Position numbers and translations under genes: made by a program. From an uncultured Armatimonadia bacterium (GTDB lineage: Bacteria > Armatimonadota > Zipacnadia > CAVVLO01): 64,000 nucleotides of DNA. Below the pieces are notes generated by a model. That model was not told the DNA's origin and did not search any database. It saw only the letters and a program-made list of their open reading frames with translations. Shown here in pieces: positions 33,139-44,173 of the stretch (the stretch's first letter is position 1; each line of letters opens with the position of its first letter). Where the stretch lies: positions 480,001-544,000 of the forward strand of contig CAVVLO010000005.1 of NCBI GenBank assembly GCA_963749155.1, written 5' to 3'.

Positions 33139-35649
33139 TCAACGCTCCATCTTGTGGAAGTGCTCGGTAAGCAGCGCGAGTTCGCGTTTCTGGGTCTCGG
33201 TCGCGAACCCGTCGCACAGATAGTCGCTCCAGATGATGCCAGGCGCCCCGCCCTCTTCATAAGTGGCCTTCCACCAGGGGTAGGCCGCCATCAGGCAGTG
33301 CACCATCATCCCTTTGCTTGGCTCGGACAGGTTGTAGTGGCGCTGGTATTCCCGGCCATAATGCGGATTGATGAGGATGTCCCTCATATGGTCGAATTGC
33401 GGCAGCAGCACGGGTATAACGCCGTTCGAGACCATCTCGCGCATCGCATCGCGCCACTCGGCTGCAGTGTAGGGCAGGGTCGTATAGTCGCTGTAGAAGT
33501 GCAGCGTGTCTCGCGCCTTCACCACAGAGTTGACCATCGCGTTGCGGCGCTGCGAATAGTAGACATGGCGCAGGTGCATCGAGTCGGACTTCCCATCGCC
33601 ATCTAGCACCAGGTTGGCCCCTTCGGTGCGCAATTCAAGCTCTGCCCCGGGGATGGCCTCGCCCAGCAGCGTGTTGGTCGCTTCGATAAAGTCCATCCTG
33701 AGCTCGGTGCGGAACACGTCCCAGTCCTCTGTCGCGGTATTCCACTCGTGGAAGGGGTGGTCATCCAGGTTGTAGACTGGCCCGTGAGTCATCCCGTCAC
33801 CTTCAACGCCCTGATTTTCCTGGGGATTGATGACCTCGAAGCTCTCGAAGCTGGTGCCCCAGGCGGTATTGAGGGCTTCCAGAGTGCCGTATTTGGCCTG
33901 CAGCCACTCTCGGAACTTCGCCAGGGTCAACGGTCCCGCCACATCGCGCACGTTGATGTCATCGCGCATCCAGCCCCAGGAGTCCTCCATATCTACCGGC
34001 ACCCGGCCGTCCCTGGTGCGGAACCACATATCACCCCAGCGGGTGTAGTTGAACTTCGCCCACGCCGCGACGACCTGCGCGGCTACCGGGTCAGCCAGGT
34101 CTACCGCGCCGTCCTCGTTAAGGACCGGTTGGGGCTTGAATCCGAGCAGCGGTTCGGCATTGTCATACCAGCCGATGCCCGCGGGTGGATAGACACTCCA
34201 GCCCATCAGCTTGACGCCAGGCTGCTGCCTGGCCACTGTGTCGTAAAAGTATTTATACTGGGCCGAAAGCGGCTCGACGCCCTCTCGACCGGTAAGCTCG
34301 CCCAGCCACCAGCCGCCACTCGTATTGGCGAAGACGTTCACTCCCAGGTCCGCCATCTCGGCCATCTCGGCCTTCAGGTGGTCTTCGGGATAAGGCCCAA
34401 GCTGGAGGCCTGTGCGCATCCCCGGCATCGCCTGGGCAACGAAGGCGGGTTGTTCTAGGCCGTCCTGCTCGACCACCATCACGTTGTCAGGATTGTAAGT
34501 GACATCGAGCGTCTCATCGCTAACCTCGATTGGCACCCGGACCAGCGCCAGCTCCTTCGGATCGGTCAGGATGAGCTTGAGCGCGATGTGCTTCGTCCAG
34601 GGGGCCACTTGCAAGTAGAAGGTGCCCTCTTGCTCGGTGGCAGCTTCGGCCCCCTCGTGGATGACGAAGCTGGTCATAAACTCCTCGAACCGGTCGAAGA
34701 GCCCAGGCATCGTCTCATAGGTGGCGCTGCTTGCGTGGAGAGTCGGCTCGATTGGCGTCTCTCCGCCTTCGGCCCTCACTTTGAAGGGCATTGAAAGCAG
34801 GGCGTATTCAGCGCCGCCCCAGATATTGATGCCCCAGTTATAGTCCCGGTTGTAGCGGTAGACCATCCGGAACTCCAGCTTGTAATCGCCCTCTTTTAGC
34901 CCGTGATTGAACTCTCCACCGAACTGGGGGCACCAGAAATGCACCCATTCTTCGACCGAATCGCCGGGGTAGAGATACTCCAGTTGGCGCTCGAAGAGGT
35001 TTATGGGCTGGGCGTACCACTCTTCTTTCCCCTCCGCGTCCAGCTTGCGCAGGATTGGCGCAAGGAAACTCGCCCCGAAACCTTCCGGGTCAAGAATTGT
35101 GTCCCCCGTATTGGTGAGGCGCACCTTCAACCATATCAGCGGGGCCGGCTTGATGGTGGAAGAAAGGAGGAGGTCCTCCCGCTTGAAAGGCGGATAGGGG
35201 CTGACTGGCGCCTTGGCGTCGGGCGTCATCGAGATGTAAGTCTCGGGAGTGTATTCGGCGCTGACGCTGCCCAGATACTCGATGTCCATCGCCATCTTGC
35301 CCGGTATGGCCAGGTCGTAAAGGGCCTGATTTCCTGCTTTGGCCGGGTCTTCGAAGGCCACGGCTTCAACCGCTGCAAGGCGCGCGCCAGCCGGCTGAGT
35401 CAGCCTGTATCTGATTGGTATGACATCATAAGCGCGAGCTTTTCTTGGTAGCTCATAACTGAGGGTATAGTCGCCCAGTCGCACTTGGCCACCGGCCATC
35501 GGGGCATCCCGATATAAGTCAAGCTGGCCGGACTTGCGCGCGGCCTCGGAAAGCGGGGTGTAACTGACTCTTGGCCCAGCGTTGCCGGCAACGGCACAGA
35601 GAGCCACGGCTCCAACCGCGAAGGGCAGCATAACAGCAGTAATATTCAT
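33139..35649 (-). CDS. Secreted protein with GH42/beta-galactosidase-like domain
   Basis: FREWLQAKYGTLEALNTAWGTSFESFE and DWDVFR motifs; signal peptide. Confidence 0.6.
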   Translation of the reverse strand: MNITAVMLPFAVGAVALCAVAGNAGPRVSYTPLSEAARKSGQLDLYRDAPMAGGQVRLGDYTLSYELPRKARAYDVIPIRYRLTQPAGARLAAVEAVAFEDPAKAGNQALYDLAIPGKMAMDIEYLGSVSAEYTPETYISMTPDAKAPVSPYPPFKREDLLLSSTIKPAPLIWLKVRLTNTGDTILDPEGFGASFLAPILRKLDAEGKEEWYAQPINLFERQLEYLYPGDSVEEWVHFWCPQFGGEFNHGLKEGDYKLEFRMVYRYNRDYNWGINIWGGAEYALLSMPFKVRAEGGETPIEPTLHASSATYETMPGLFDRFEEFMTSFVIHEGAEAATEQEGTFYLQVAPWTKHIALKLILTDPKELALVRVPIEVSDETLDVTYNPDNVMVVEQDGLEQPAFVAQAMPGMRTGLQLGPYPEDHLKAEMAEMADLGVNVFANTSGGWWLGELTGREGVEPLSAQYKYFYDTVARQQPGVKLMGWSVYPPAGIGWYDNAEPLLGFKPQPVLNEDGAVDLADPVAAQVVAAWAKFNYTRWGDMWFRTRDGRVPVDMEDSWGWMRDDINVRDVAGPLTLAKFREWLQAKYGTLEALNTAWGTSFESFEVINPQENQGVEGDGMTHGPVYNLDDHPFHEWNTATEDWDVFRTELRMDFIEATNTLLGEAIPGAELELRTEGANLVLDGDGKSDSMHLRHVYYSQRRNAMVNSVVKARDTLHFYSDYTTLPYTAAEWRDAMREMVSNGVIPVLLPQFDHMRDILINPHYGREYQRHYNLSEPSKGMMVHCLMAAYPWWKATYEEGGAPGIIWSDYLCDGFATETQKRELALLTEHFHKMER

Positions 35650-35662
35650 TTGAAGGCCTCCA

Positions 35663-37240
35663 TCAACCTGTTATCTCGATTTCTTCCCAGTTTGCGAGCC
35701 GTCTAATAGCCATTTTGGTGATAATCCACAGGGCAAGCACAGGCAGACCCAGTGCCAGCATCAGGCCAGCCAGCGTGCCAGCCAGCCAGAGAGGCGAGCT
35801 GGTCAGTTGCTGCCAGAACAGGGGCAACACCGTAGCTGGAAGGATGAGCAATCCACTAATCAACATCCCGAGCAGATAATGCGCGAGCATCCCGCCACAG
35901 CCCACAGCGCGGTTTGGATCATCGGCTGTCCAGTTGCCCGAGATGGCGCCAAGGCAAATCCCAAGCCAGGTCAGCGCCGCGGAAGCAAGCAACACACTGA
36001 CCAGTGAGTAGCCAAGCTGAAGGGGTGTGGCCCTGGTTATTATCGCCGTAGCCAGGGTAATCACCAGGGTTAGAACGGCTACCATCATCAGGCCGAACTG
36101 AAATTTGCCAGTAATCAACTGCCCCTCCGTCAACGGGGCGGATTTGAGCAGCGAGAGCCCTCGCCCCTCGGAGGGCAATAAGGGCAAGGCCATATTGAGC
36201 GAAAGCATCAGAGCGGTCAGAGTGCCAAAGAGAGGCACGGCGATGAAGCCTGGCGTGCCCTGGCCGCTATCCAGATTGAGGCTGTACAGCATAAACCCCA
36301 GCACGAGGACAGGCATCAGCAAACCGGTCAGCCGTCTTGGTTCCCTCATAAGGGTAACCCACTCTTTATGCCATCTGGCGCCTGCGCCTGTGAGGGGTCT
36401 TCTGCCGACTTTATGATGGACTTTGCTGACCTGCTTGGCCGAAGTGATTCCCCTAAGCGCGAAGAGGGCAAAGGCCCACCAGGCCAGACGCATAGCAACC
36501 AGAGTCGCCGCCACGAGGAGTAGCAGTTGATCCCAGGGCACAGGAGCGCCGGTTGCCACTGCCCACAGTGGGGCATAGCCCCAGGCGACGGGCGGGGTGT
36601 TGGTCAGCCCCGAGATAAGCGTAAAGGCTGTTTTGCCGGCGGCGCTCTCTCCGAACTGGGTTGCCAGGGCCATATACAGAGGGAAGAAAATGACCATCGC
36701 GAGGAAACCTGCGAAGGCATTGAGTTTGCCCGGCGCGATCAGGCCTCCCGCCAGCAGCGCCACTGCCATTGCCAGGGAGTTCAATAGCGCCGCAAGTAGC
36801 CCCAGCACTAGCAAGCCAAGCAGCAGAAAGGCCAGCCCCTGACTTCCGAAAAAGGTGTAGGAGGCGAGGCTGAAGGTTACCAGCAGCAGCAAGGGCCAGG
36901 CGCCCCAGATTGTGTCAGTCAGCTTCACAAGGAATACCTGGCGCGTGGTGAGCGGGGCGGCCATTATGAGGTCGAGGTCTCCTGCCAGGAAGAGGGTATG
37001 AAGCGAGGTCGCAGGCGCCATTGACAGCAATATCAGGCTGCTCACGCCAAAAAGCCTGGGCAAGGCGAATTCCAGATCACCCCAACTGGCCATCCTCATT
37101 GCGATCAGGAAACCATAGAAGCCCATAAAGCCAACGCCCAGCAGATAGAGCAGCGCTCCCTTCCAGCCCAGTCTGCCGCGGATGAGCCCGTTAAGCCAGG
37201 CTTGCCAGCGCGCCTTGAATATGGCCTTGATTGGACTCAC
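35663..37240 (-). CDS. ABC-2 type exporter permease
   Basis: Polytopic; DLDLIMAAPL, KEWVTLMRE, SEGRGLSLLKSAPL; overlaps the ATPase gene. Confidence 0.8.
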   Translation of the reverse strand: MSPIKAIFKARWQAWLNGLIRGRLGWKGALLYLLGVGFMGFYGFLIAMRMASWGDLEFALPRLFGVSSLILLSMAPATSLHTLFLAGDLDLIMAAPLTTRQVFLVKLTDTIWGAWPLLLLVTFSLASYTFFGSQGLAFLLLGLLVLGLLAALLNSLAMAVALLAGGLIAPGKLNAFAGFLAMVIFFPLYMALATQFGESAAGKTAFTLISGLTNTPPVAWGYAPLWAVATGAPVPWDQLLLLVAATLVAMRLAWWAFALFALRGITSAKQVSKVHHKVGRRPLTGAGARWHKEWVTLMREPRRLTGLLMPVLVLGFMLYSLNLDSGQGTPGFIAVPLFGTLTALMLSLNMALPLLPSEGRGLSLLKSAPLTEGQLITGKFQFGLMMVAVLTLVITLATAIITRATPLQLGYSLVSVLLASAALTWLGICLGAISGNWTADDPNRAVGCGGMLAHYLLGMLISGLLILPATVLPLFWQQLTSSPLWLAGTLAGLMLALGLPVLALWIITKMAIRRLANWEEIEITG

Positions 37241-37998
37241 TGATCGCTTCCCTCGCCGAGGATCCGCGCCAGATCCTGTACCTCGGCCCCGCCTGTGACC
37301 TCGAGGAATATCTCCTCAAGCGAAGCGTCTTTGCCCTGGCGCAGTTCTTCCATCGTGCCAAGGGCCGCCAGTTTGCCCTGATAGATAATGCCGACCCGGT
37401 CGCACATCTGCTGGGCGACTTCGAGGATATGGGTGGACATCAGCACGGTCTTGCCGCGCGCGCAAAGCCCCTTGAGCAAGTCTTTGACCGTGCGGGCGGC
37501 GCGCGGGTCGAGGCCATTTGTCGGCTCGTCCAGCAGCAGCACTTGCGGGTCGTGCACCAGCAGCGCGATAAGCCCCAGTTTCTGTTTCATCCCCTGGCTG
37601 TAGCCTTCGGCCAGCAAGTCCTGGTCTTTTTCCAGCCCGAGCAGGCTGACGAAACGCTCTCTGCGCGCGTCCACTTCCTGCCAGGGCACCCCGTAAAGGC
37701 TGCCCACCAGCTCGATGAACTCCCTGCCCGAGAGCTTGGGATAGAGATAGGGCTGCTCCGCCAGATAACCTGAAACGCGCTTTACACCCATTGCGTCGGT
37801 CTTGAGGTCGTGGCCCGCGATGAGGGCCGACCCCGAGGTAGGCGCAAGCAGGGTCGCCAGCATCCGCAAGGTTGTCGTCTTGCCTGCGCCATTAGGCCCC
37901 AAAAAGCCAAACAGTTCGCCCGGCTGGACCTCGAAGCTGAGGTTGTCGACAGCCCGCTTGGGGCCGAAATCTTTCGTTAGCGCCTCTAGCCTTATCAT
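37237..37998 (-). CDS. ABC transporter ATP-binding protein
   Basis: GPNGAGKTT, YSQGMKQK, LLLDEPTNGLDP, STH. Confidence 0.92.
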   Translation of the reverse strand: MIRLEALTKDFGPKRAVDNLSFEVQPGELFGFLGPNGAGKTTTLRMLATLLAPTSGSALIAGHDLKTDAMGVKRVSGYLAEQPYLYPKLSGREFIELVGSLYGVPWQEVDARRERFVSLLGLEKDQDLLAEGYSQGMKQKLGLIALLVHDPQVLLLDEPTNGLDPRAARTVKDLLKGLCARGKTVLMSTHILEVAQQMCDRVGIIYQGKLAALGTMEELRQGKDASLEEIFLEVTGGAEVQDLARILGEGSDQ

Positions 37999-38894
37999 CC
38001 AGCCTGCTCCTCTCTGCCCGCGGGGCCAAGTTTGCGCATCACTTTCAGCAGCGCCTGGGTGCCCTGCTCGGACTCGCCCGCTGCCTCAAGAGAGGCGAAA
38101 AGCTGATTCACCAGCGCGGTGCCGGGCACAGGCTGGTGGACCGAAGCGGCGGCAGAAAGCGCGATGCGCAAGTCTTTCTGCTTCAGTTTGACACGGAAGC
38201 CAGGCTCAAAGTCGCCGGCGATAGCGCGCGGCGCCAGGTTGGAGAGCATCCACGAGGCCGCCGAACCTTTGGTGATGACCGAAAGCACCTGCTCCAGGTC
38301 GAGGCCTAGTTGCTCAGCCAAGGCAAGCCCTTCGGCCCAGGCGAGGATATTGAGCCCGCAGACCACCTGGTTGACCAGCTTGAAGGACTGCCCAGCGCCT
38401 ACCGGCCCGCAATGGGTTATAGTCTTGCCCAGCACCTCGAACAAGGGCTTCAGCCTGCGAAAATCAGGCTCAGGCCCGCCTGCCATTATGGAAAGGGTGC
38501 CTTCGATGGCGCCGCGTTCGCCACCACTTACCGGAGCGTCAAGAAAGGCTACGCCAAGCGGGGCACAAAGCGCTTCGATTTCTCTTGCCACGACCGGCGC
38601 GATGGTGCTCATATCCACCACCACCAGGCCAGGTCGCGCCTCGGACAGTACTCCCTGGGGGCCTTCGAGCACTGCCTTCACATCAGGGCCATCTCCAACC
38701 ATCGTGATGACCACATCGCTGGCCCGGGCTACTTCGGCTGGCGCAGTGGCTGACTTTGCGCCCAGCTCTACCAAAGGCGCCTGCTTGGACGCGGTTCTAT
38801 TCCAGACCGTAACCGGATATCCAGCCGCAAGCAGTCTTTCGGCCATTGGCTTGCCCATTACTCCAAGTCCAATTATCCCAACGCGGGGGTTCAT
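37995..38894 (-). CDS. NAD(P)-dependent beta-hydroxyacid dehydrogenase (3-hydroxyisobutyrate dehydrogenase/tartronate semialdehyde reductase family)
   Basis: GIIGLGVMG, DAPVSGG, GQSFKLVNQ, KDLRIAL. Confidence 0.9.
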   Translation of the reverse strand: MNPRVGIIGLGVMGKPMAERLLAAGYPVTVWNRTASKQAPLVELGAKSATAPAEVARASDVVITMVGDGPDVKAVLEGPQGVLSEARPGLVVVDMSTIAPVVAREIEALCAPLGVAFLDAPVSGGERGAIEGTLSIMAGGPEPDFRRLKPLFEVLGKTITHCGPVGAGQSFKLVNQVVCGLNILAWAEGLALAEQLGLDLEQVLSVITKGSAASWMLSNLAPRAIAGDFEPGFRVKLKQKDLRIALSAAASVHQPVPGTALVNQLFASLEAAGESEQGTQALLKVMRKLGPAGREEQAG

Positions 38895-39001
38895 CTCCAT
38901 CGCCTCCAGCCCGGGAGTGTTCGCCCAAAGTGGGCATTCCTCCTGCCCTTCTGTTATCCTTAGGCCTGTCGCAAATACGAACCAGGTCGAGAGGACAGAG
39001 A

Positions 39002-40126
39002 ATGCCGCAGCCAAGATTTGTGGTGCCTGAAGAATTCGATGAGTTGATGGAGTTGCTCAATCGAGTCTTCCGGCTGGACAGGGGCGACAGGCCAAACTAT
39101 CTGCGCATGTACAAGCCTGCCTATCGCAAGACCGAATGCGGCAATCATCTGGTCGTCCTGTATGGGCATCGGTTGGTCAGTCATGTCGGGCTCTATCCTC
39201 GCAAGGCTTTTTACGATGGCGCCCTGCTGGAGGTAGCTGCCATTGGGGGCGTCGGCACCGATCAGAATCATCGAGGCCGAGGTTACGCGGGCACCTTGAT
39301 GGCCGAGACGATGCGCCAGCTTGGTTTACGCGGAGTGGACGTCGCCATCCTTTGGACAGGGCTTAAAGATTTTTACGAGCCTTTCGGTTTTGTTAAGGCA
39401 GGCCAAAGCAACAAGTGGAACTTGCCCAAGAGCGCGCTCAAAAAAATAAAGACTCCCAAAGTGACGCCCTGTCTCTACAAGGGAGAACTGCTTTTTGCCC
39501 ATTCGATGCTGCAACTGCACGAGCAGGAGCCCCTTCGACTTGGACGCAGTCAGGCTGACTTCGAGGAGTGGCTTGTCTTCGAGCTAAATCGCACCTGGTT
39601 TACCTGGGAAGAGCATCGGGCTACTTCGTATGTTGTCATCCGAAGCGATTATCAGGATCAGGGCTGTGAGCTGCGCGAGTGGGGAGGCGATCCGGCGCGC
39701 GCTTTGGCGCTTCTCAAGCAGGTGAGCCGCGAGTATTCGGGCGCCGAAATACGCCTGGCTACGCCCCCTGGCTACAGCGCGCTTGCAGAATTGCTGCAGG
39801 CTAATGACCTGGAACCCCATCTCGGCATCCACGGGCATATCGCCGTCCTGAGCGGGCAATCCACACTGGACAAATATCGCCCCTTGTTGCTGGACAGAGC
39901 GCAGGTAGCGGGGGTAAGCGGCAAATTCCATTTCAGCGTGCCTGGACTGGGAGAGCTTGCTCTCGACCTCGGCCCCGGCGAGGACTATCACTTCGACTGT
40001 GATCGCAGCGAGTTTACCCGCGCGCTCTTTGGGAATCCGGATATGCCAGTGGACTCTGACCGCTGGGCGCCCCTTGCTGGTGTGCTCCCAGTGCCTTTCT
40101 GGTGGAATCCACTGGACGCCATCTAA
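39002..40126 (+). CDS. GNAT N-acetyltransferase (Eis-like)
   Basis: IGGVGT...RGRGYAG acetyl-CoA motif and FYEPFGF. Confidence 0.8.
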   Translation: MPQPRFVVPEEFDELMELLNRVFRLDRGDRPNYLRMYKPAYRKTECGNHLVVLYGHRLVSHVGLYPRKAFYDGALLEVAAIGGVGTDQNHRGRGYAGTLMAETMRQLGLRGVDVAILWTGLKDFYEPFGFVKAGQSNKWNLPKSALKKIKTPKVTPCLYKGELLFAHSMLQLHEQEPLRLGRSQADFEEWLVFELNRTWFTWEEHRATSYVVIRSDYQDQGCELREWGGDPARALALLKQVSREYSGAEIRLATPPGYSALAELLQANDLEPHLGIHGHIAVLSGQSTLDKYRPLLLDRAQVAGVSGKFHFSVPGLGELALDLGPGEDYHFDCDRSEFTRALFGNPDMPVDSDRWAPLAGVLPVPFWWNPLDAI

Positions 40127-40220
40127 CTGGAATATCTCTTGAATTGTGGCGGCTTTCCTGTTAGCCTCTTGCAGGTTAGGCAAGTCTCTTGAGCGTTGCG
40201 CACTAGTCCTGGAGAGGCAG

Positions 40221-42188
40221 ATGGCCCAAGTCGAAATCCCAGACCAGCACCAGCCTCGCGCTGGCCTTGTAGAGCTGGCAAGTCGCGCCATTACCTGGCG
40301 CAGTCTTGTCATCGCGCTTGTGCTAATGCCCTTCTGTGCCATCTGGCAGACCTACCGGCTGGGCGATGGCATCCTCTCACTGCTTGTAGCTCCTACTGCG
40401 ACGACCTTCTTCGTAGCTTTGATTAACCTGGGCCTGCTGCGTTTTACGCCTCGCTGGGCGCTTTCGGCTGGCGAGCTTGGCGCCATCTACACTTATCTCT
40501 CCATCGGCTGTGGCATCGCCAGCGAATGGACTTACCCCGTCTCCGTCGTGATGAGCTGGTTCACACTGCACGGCAATGCCAGCAACCGCTTCTATGACAA
40601 TATAGCTTCCTATCTGCCCGACTGGTGCACCATCAAGGATCCCAACCTGCTCAAAGGCTATATGGATGGGGCGGGAATCGAGTATTTCTACCAGCTCGAT
40701 CATTTCGTCCCCTGGATGGTGAAGTTCCTCCCCTGGGGCGGCTTCATCTTCGCGATGGCCTTCACGATGCTTTGCATCAATGTGCTGATGCGGGAAGAAT
40801 GGACCCGGCGCGAGCGCCTCAGTTTCCCCATCCTGCAGGTGCCACTTGCCATCATAGGGGCGGGGGAGAGGCGCGGCACGCTGCGCACCAAGGCCCTCTG
40901 GATAGGCTTTGCGATCGGCTTCTTCATTGACGCCTATATTGGCGCAGCCAGATTCATCCCCAGCCTGCCAGCGCCCAACCTGCGCAACATCGATATGGGC
41001 GCCTGGTTCGTGAATCCGCCGCTCAATGGGCTGGGCTTCACGCCGCTTTCGCTTTACCCTTTCATTATCGCGCTATCTTTCTTCCTGCCTCTCGACCTGT
41101 CTTTCTCGACCTGGTTCTTCTACCTCATCCGGAGGATAGAGCAGGTCATCGCAATCGCCTACGGCCAGCCAGGGGGCGTCTTCCTGGGGATGACCGCGGC
41201 CAGCCAGCCGCCCTACCTTACTCAGCAGTCGCTGGGCGCCTGGACTACCCTCTTCGTGCTCTTCCTTTGGCTTGGCAGAGAGCATCTCGGGCATGTCTGG
41301 GAGAACGTCCGGCGAGGTAAACCCATCCAGGAGCATATGCCTTTTGTCTCCTACAGGCTGACTTTTATCCTGATGCTGGTTGGTTTTGGGGGCTTGCTGG
41401 TCTGGTCCGCTTTGTTGCAGTTGCCCTTGCTCTTTATGGCTATCTACTTTGGCCTCTTTATCGCCCTCTCGGTTGCCGTCACGCGGATGCGCGCCGAGCT
41501 TGGCCCACCGACCCATGAGATGGCCTTTATGACCGTCAACACTTTTATGCTCAACACCGTCGGCACCAGCTTCATAACCGAACGGATGTCCGCCATATTG
41601 CCGACTTTTGTCTTTATGAATCGCGTCTACCGCAGCCATCCGATGCCCCATCAGCTCGAGGGGATGAAACTCGCCGAAGAGACTGGCTCCCTCCATTGGC
41701 GCTTCTTCGCGGGGATGGCAATAATGATGGCCGCGGCCCTAATCATAGGCCATTGGTCTTATGTCCATCGCGACTATGATATGGCCTTCGCCACTCGCGC
41801 CGACTGGATGGGCGGCGAGATTATGTACATCATCAACGACTGGCGCAACAATCCCAAAGGCGCCAACTGGATAGCCATCCCCTTCATCGGCCTGGGCGCT
41901 CTAATTACGGCTTTGCTGGCCCTTGCGCGCTGGCGCTTCTCCTGGTGGCCCTTCCATCCGGCCGGCTTCGCCCTCGCGATGAACTTCGGCGTGGATTACT
42001 TCTGGACCGCGATGTTTATCGCCTGGCTCGCCAAGAAGCTTGTCCTGCGCTTCGGAGGCCTGCGCCTCTACAAGCAGACCTTGCCCTATATGATTGGCGT
42101 TGTGCTGGGTGAATACGCCTGCGCGGCCATCTGGAGCTGGGTCTACATCATCTACAAGGTCAACACCTACAGCTTCTCAATCAACTGA
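40221..42188 (+). CDS. Polytopic membrane protein, DUF6785/DUF6784-like putative transporter
   Basis: EW...ERLSFPI.Q.P, RMRAELGPP.H, WWPFHPAGFA, LRFGG..LY motifs. Confidence 0.7.
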   Translation: MAQVEIPDQHQPRAGLVELASRAITWRSLVIALVLMPFCAIWQTYRLGDGILSLLVAPTATTFFVALINLGLLRFTPRWALSAGELGAIYTYLSIGCGIASEWTYPVSVVMSWFTLHGNASNRFYDNIASYLPDWCTIKDPNLLKGYMDGAGIEYFYQLDHFVPWMVKFLPWGGFIFAMAFTMLCINVLMREEWTRRERLSFPILQVPLAIIGAGERRGTLRTKALWIGFAIGFFIDAYIGAARFIPSLPAPNLRNIDMGAWFVNPPLNGLGFTPLSLYPFIIALSFFLPLDLSFSTWFFYLIRRIEQVIAIAYGQPGGVFLGMTAASQPPYLTQQSLGAWTTLFVLFLWLGREHLGHVWENVRRGKPIQEHMPFVSYRLTFILMLVGFGGLLVWSALLQLPLLFMAIYFGLFIALSVAVTRMRAELGPPTHEMAFMTVNTFMLNTVGTSFITERMSAILPTFVFMNRVYRSHPMPHQLEGMKLAEETGSLHWRFFAGMAIMMAAALIIGHWSYVHRDYDMAFATRADWMGGEIMYIINDWRNNPKGANWIAIPFIGLGALITALLALARWRFSWWPFHPAGFALAMNFGVDYFWTAMFIAWLAKKLVLRFGGLRLYKQTLPYMIGVVLGEYACAAIWSWVYIIYKVNTYSFSIN

Positions 42189-42269
42189 CCTCGCCAGGTT
42201 CAGGCAGGAAGCCCTTTCCCCAGCGCGAATAGCGCGCCCAAAGTCATATATTTTGGAGGGAAGCCTGCT

Positions 42270-42971
42270 ATGACTGCCCGTTATGAGTTACTGCGACCTG
42301 GCCAGGTCCGCGAGATACTGAAAACCAGGCCACTAGCCTATCTCCCCTGGGGCTCGCACGAGTGGCACGGCACCCAGAACCCCCTCGGCACCGATTCCAT
42401 CAAGGCCCACAAGCTGTGCGAGCTGGCCGCCGAGCAGACGGGTGGGATTGTCTTCCCGCTTATCTACCTGGGCCATCAGACGATGAAACCAGGTGGCGGC
42501 TTCCGCCAGACCTTCGAGTTCTCCGAGACCCTGATTGCCCTTACCGCGAAGGAGTATCTCGAACAGCTTGTGGACGAGGGCTTCAAGGTCATCGTGGTGC
42601 TTTTCGGCCATTATGGCAGCGTCCATATGAATATCATCCACAGGGTCATAGACGCCTTTTGTGCTGCCCATCCCGAGGTGCGTATCACGGCCTTTGCCGA
42701 CTTCGAGATGACCCAGCAGGATGGCTATGGCGGCGACCACGCGGGCAAGAACGAGACCAGCTATATGCTGCGGTTCTTCCCCGAGTATGTCGACCTCGAC
42801 ACGCTGCCCCCGCCTGAAGCCTTCGATGCGATGAAGGAGGGCGTGCATGGCGGTTATCCGCCAGTAGACGCTTCGGCCGAACTCGGTCAGAAACAGACCG
42901 ATTCTTTCCTCGCCAATCTTGTGCCGCATGTAAATCAATTATTGGCCGAAGTCCAGGCCTGCCAGAGTTAG
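42270..42971 (+). CDS. Creatininase family protein
   Basis: PWGSHEWHG..PLGTD, GHYG, DHAGKNETS. Confidence 0.85.
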   Translation: MTARYELLRPGQVREILKTRPLAYLPWGSHEWHGTQNPLGTDSIKAHKLCELAAEQTGGIVFPLIYLGHQTMKPGGGFRQTFEFSETLIALTAKEYLEQLVDEGFKVIVVLFGHYGSVHMNIIHRVIDAFCAAHPEVRITAFADFEMTQQDGYGGDHAGKNETSYMLRFFPEYVDLDTLPPPEAFDAMKEGVHGGYPPVDASAELGQKQTDSFLANLVPHVNQLLAEVQACQS

Positions 42972-42986
42972 AAGGGGGAACACCTG

Positions 42987-43970
42987 ATGACAGGTAAACG
43001 CGTATTGGTAACCGGAGGCGCCGGCTTCATCGGTAGCCATCTCTGCGAGCGGCTTATCGCCGATGGCAATGAGGTCTTGTGCCTCGATGACTTCTTCACA
43101 GGCAGCAGGGAGAACATCCTGCCTCTTATCGAGAGCCCCTGGTTCGAGGTAATAAGGCATGATGTCACTCAGCCTATCCATATCGAGGTTGATATCATCC
43201 TCAATATGGCGTGCCCGGCCTCGCCCATCTATTATCAACTCAACCCCGTGCGCACGCTCAAGACCAGCGTGGTCGGTATCATCAATATGCTGGACCTGGC
43301 GCGCGAGTGCAAAGCGCGGCTCTTCCAGGCCTCTACTTCAGAAATCTACGGCAGCCCTCAGGTGCATCCGCAGGAAGAGAGCTACTGGGGCAACGTGAAT
43401 CCCATCGGCGTCCGCAGTTGCTATGACGAGGGCAAACGGGCCGCCGAGACACTGGTCTTCGACTACCACCGCCAATACGACACCAACACCTGCGTGGCGC
43501 GCATCTTCAACACCTTCGGCCCGCGGATGTCTCCTGACGATGGCCGCGCGGTAAGCAACTTCGTCGTGCAGGCGCTGCTGGGAGAGCCCATCACCATCTA
43601 CGGCGATGGCAGTCAGACGCGCTCCTTCTGTTATGTGTCGGATATGGTCGAGGGGATCCTCCGCCTGGTGGAGTCCGACCTCGCCGGCCCAGTAAATCTC
43701 GGCAATCCCGACGAGCGCACCATACGGGAACTGGCCGAACTGGTACTCGAGATGACAGGCAGCAAATCGGAGCTGGTTTTCGAGCCGCTGCCTGGCGACG
43801 ACCCGGTAAAACGTAAGCCCGACATCACGCTGGCGAAATCCAAACTGGGCTGGGAGCCGACCGTCCGGCTGGAAGAAGGCCTGAAGGCCACGGTGGACTA
43901 TTTCAAGGGGCTGATGGGCCATAGCAACGGCTGGCGCGCCAAACACGTCTGGCAGCGCAGGCCGAAGTAA
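42987..43970 (+). CDS. UDP-glucuronate decarboxylase (UDP-xylose synthase)-like SDR
   Basis: [39 protein letters not shown]. Confidence 0.9.
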   Translation: MTGKRVLVTGGAGFIGSHLCERLIADGNEVLCLDDFFTGSRENILPLIESPWFEVIRHDVTQPIHIEVDIILNMACPASPIYYQLNPVRTLKTSVVGIINMLDLARECKARLFQASTSEIYGSPQVHPQEESYWGNVNPIGVRSCYDEGKRAAETLVFDYHRQYDTNTCVARIFNTFGPRMSPDDGRAVSNFVVQALLGEPITIYGDGSQTRSFCYVSDMVEGILRLVESDLAGPVNLGNPDERTIRELAELVLEMTGSKSELVFEPLPGDDPVKRKPDITLAKSKLGWEPTVRLEEGLKATVDYFKGLMGHSNGWRAKHVWQRRPK

Positions 43971-43990
43971 GGCGACCTCTGCCCTGACTG

Positions 43991-44126
43991 GGTTTCGGGA
44001 ACGAGTTCCCGAAACACGCCACTTGGGGGGCCACGCAAGCCTCGGTGTTTCGGGGCTTCAGCCCCGAAACCGAGGCTGGGACCCTAGTGAGGGCGGCTGG
44101 TTTCGGCACTGAAGTACCGAAACACC
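43991..44126. repeat. Three alternately oriented palindromic REP-like units (family A)
   Basis: GGTTTCGGGAAC-GA-GTTCCCGAAACAC (+), GGTTTCGGGGCT-GA-AGCCCCGAAACAC (-), GGTTTCGGCACT-GA-AGTACCGAAACAC (+). Confidence 0.75.
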
Positions 44127-44173
44127 AGCCGGAGAAGGGGCGGACCCAAGCGTTCAGAGGTGTGGGAGGCACC

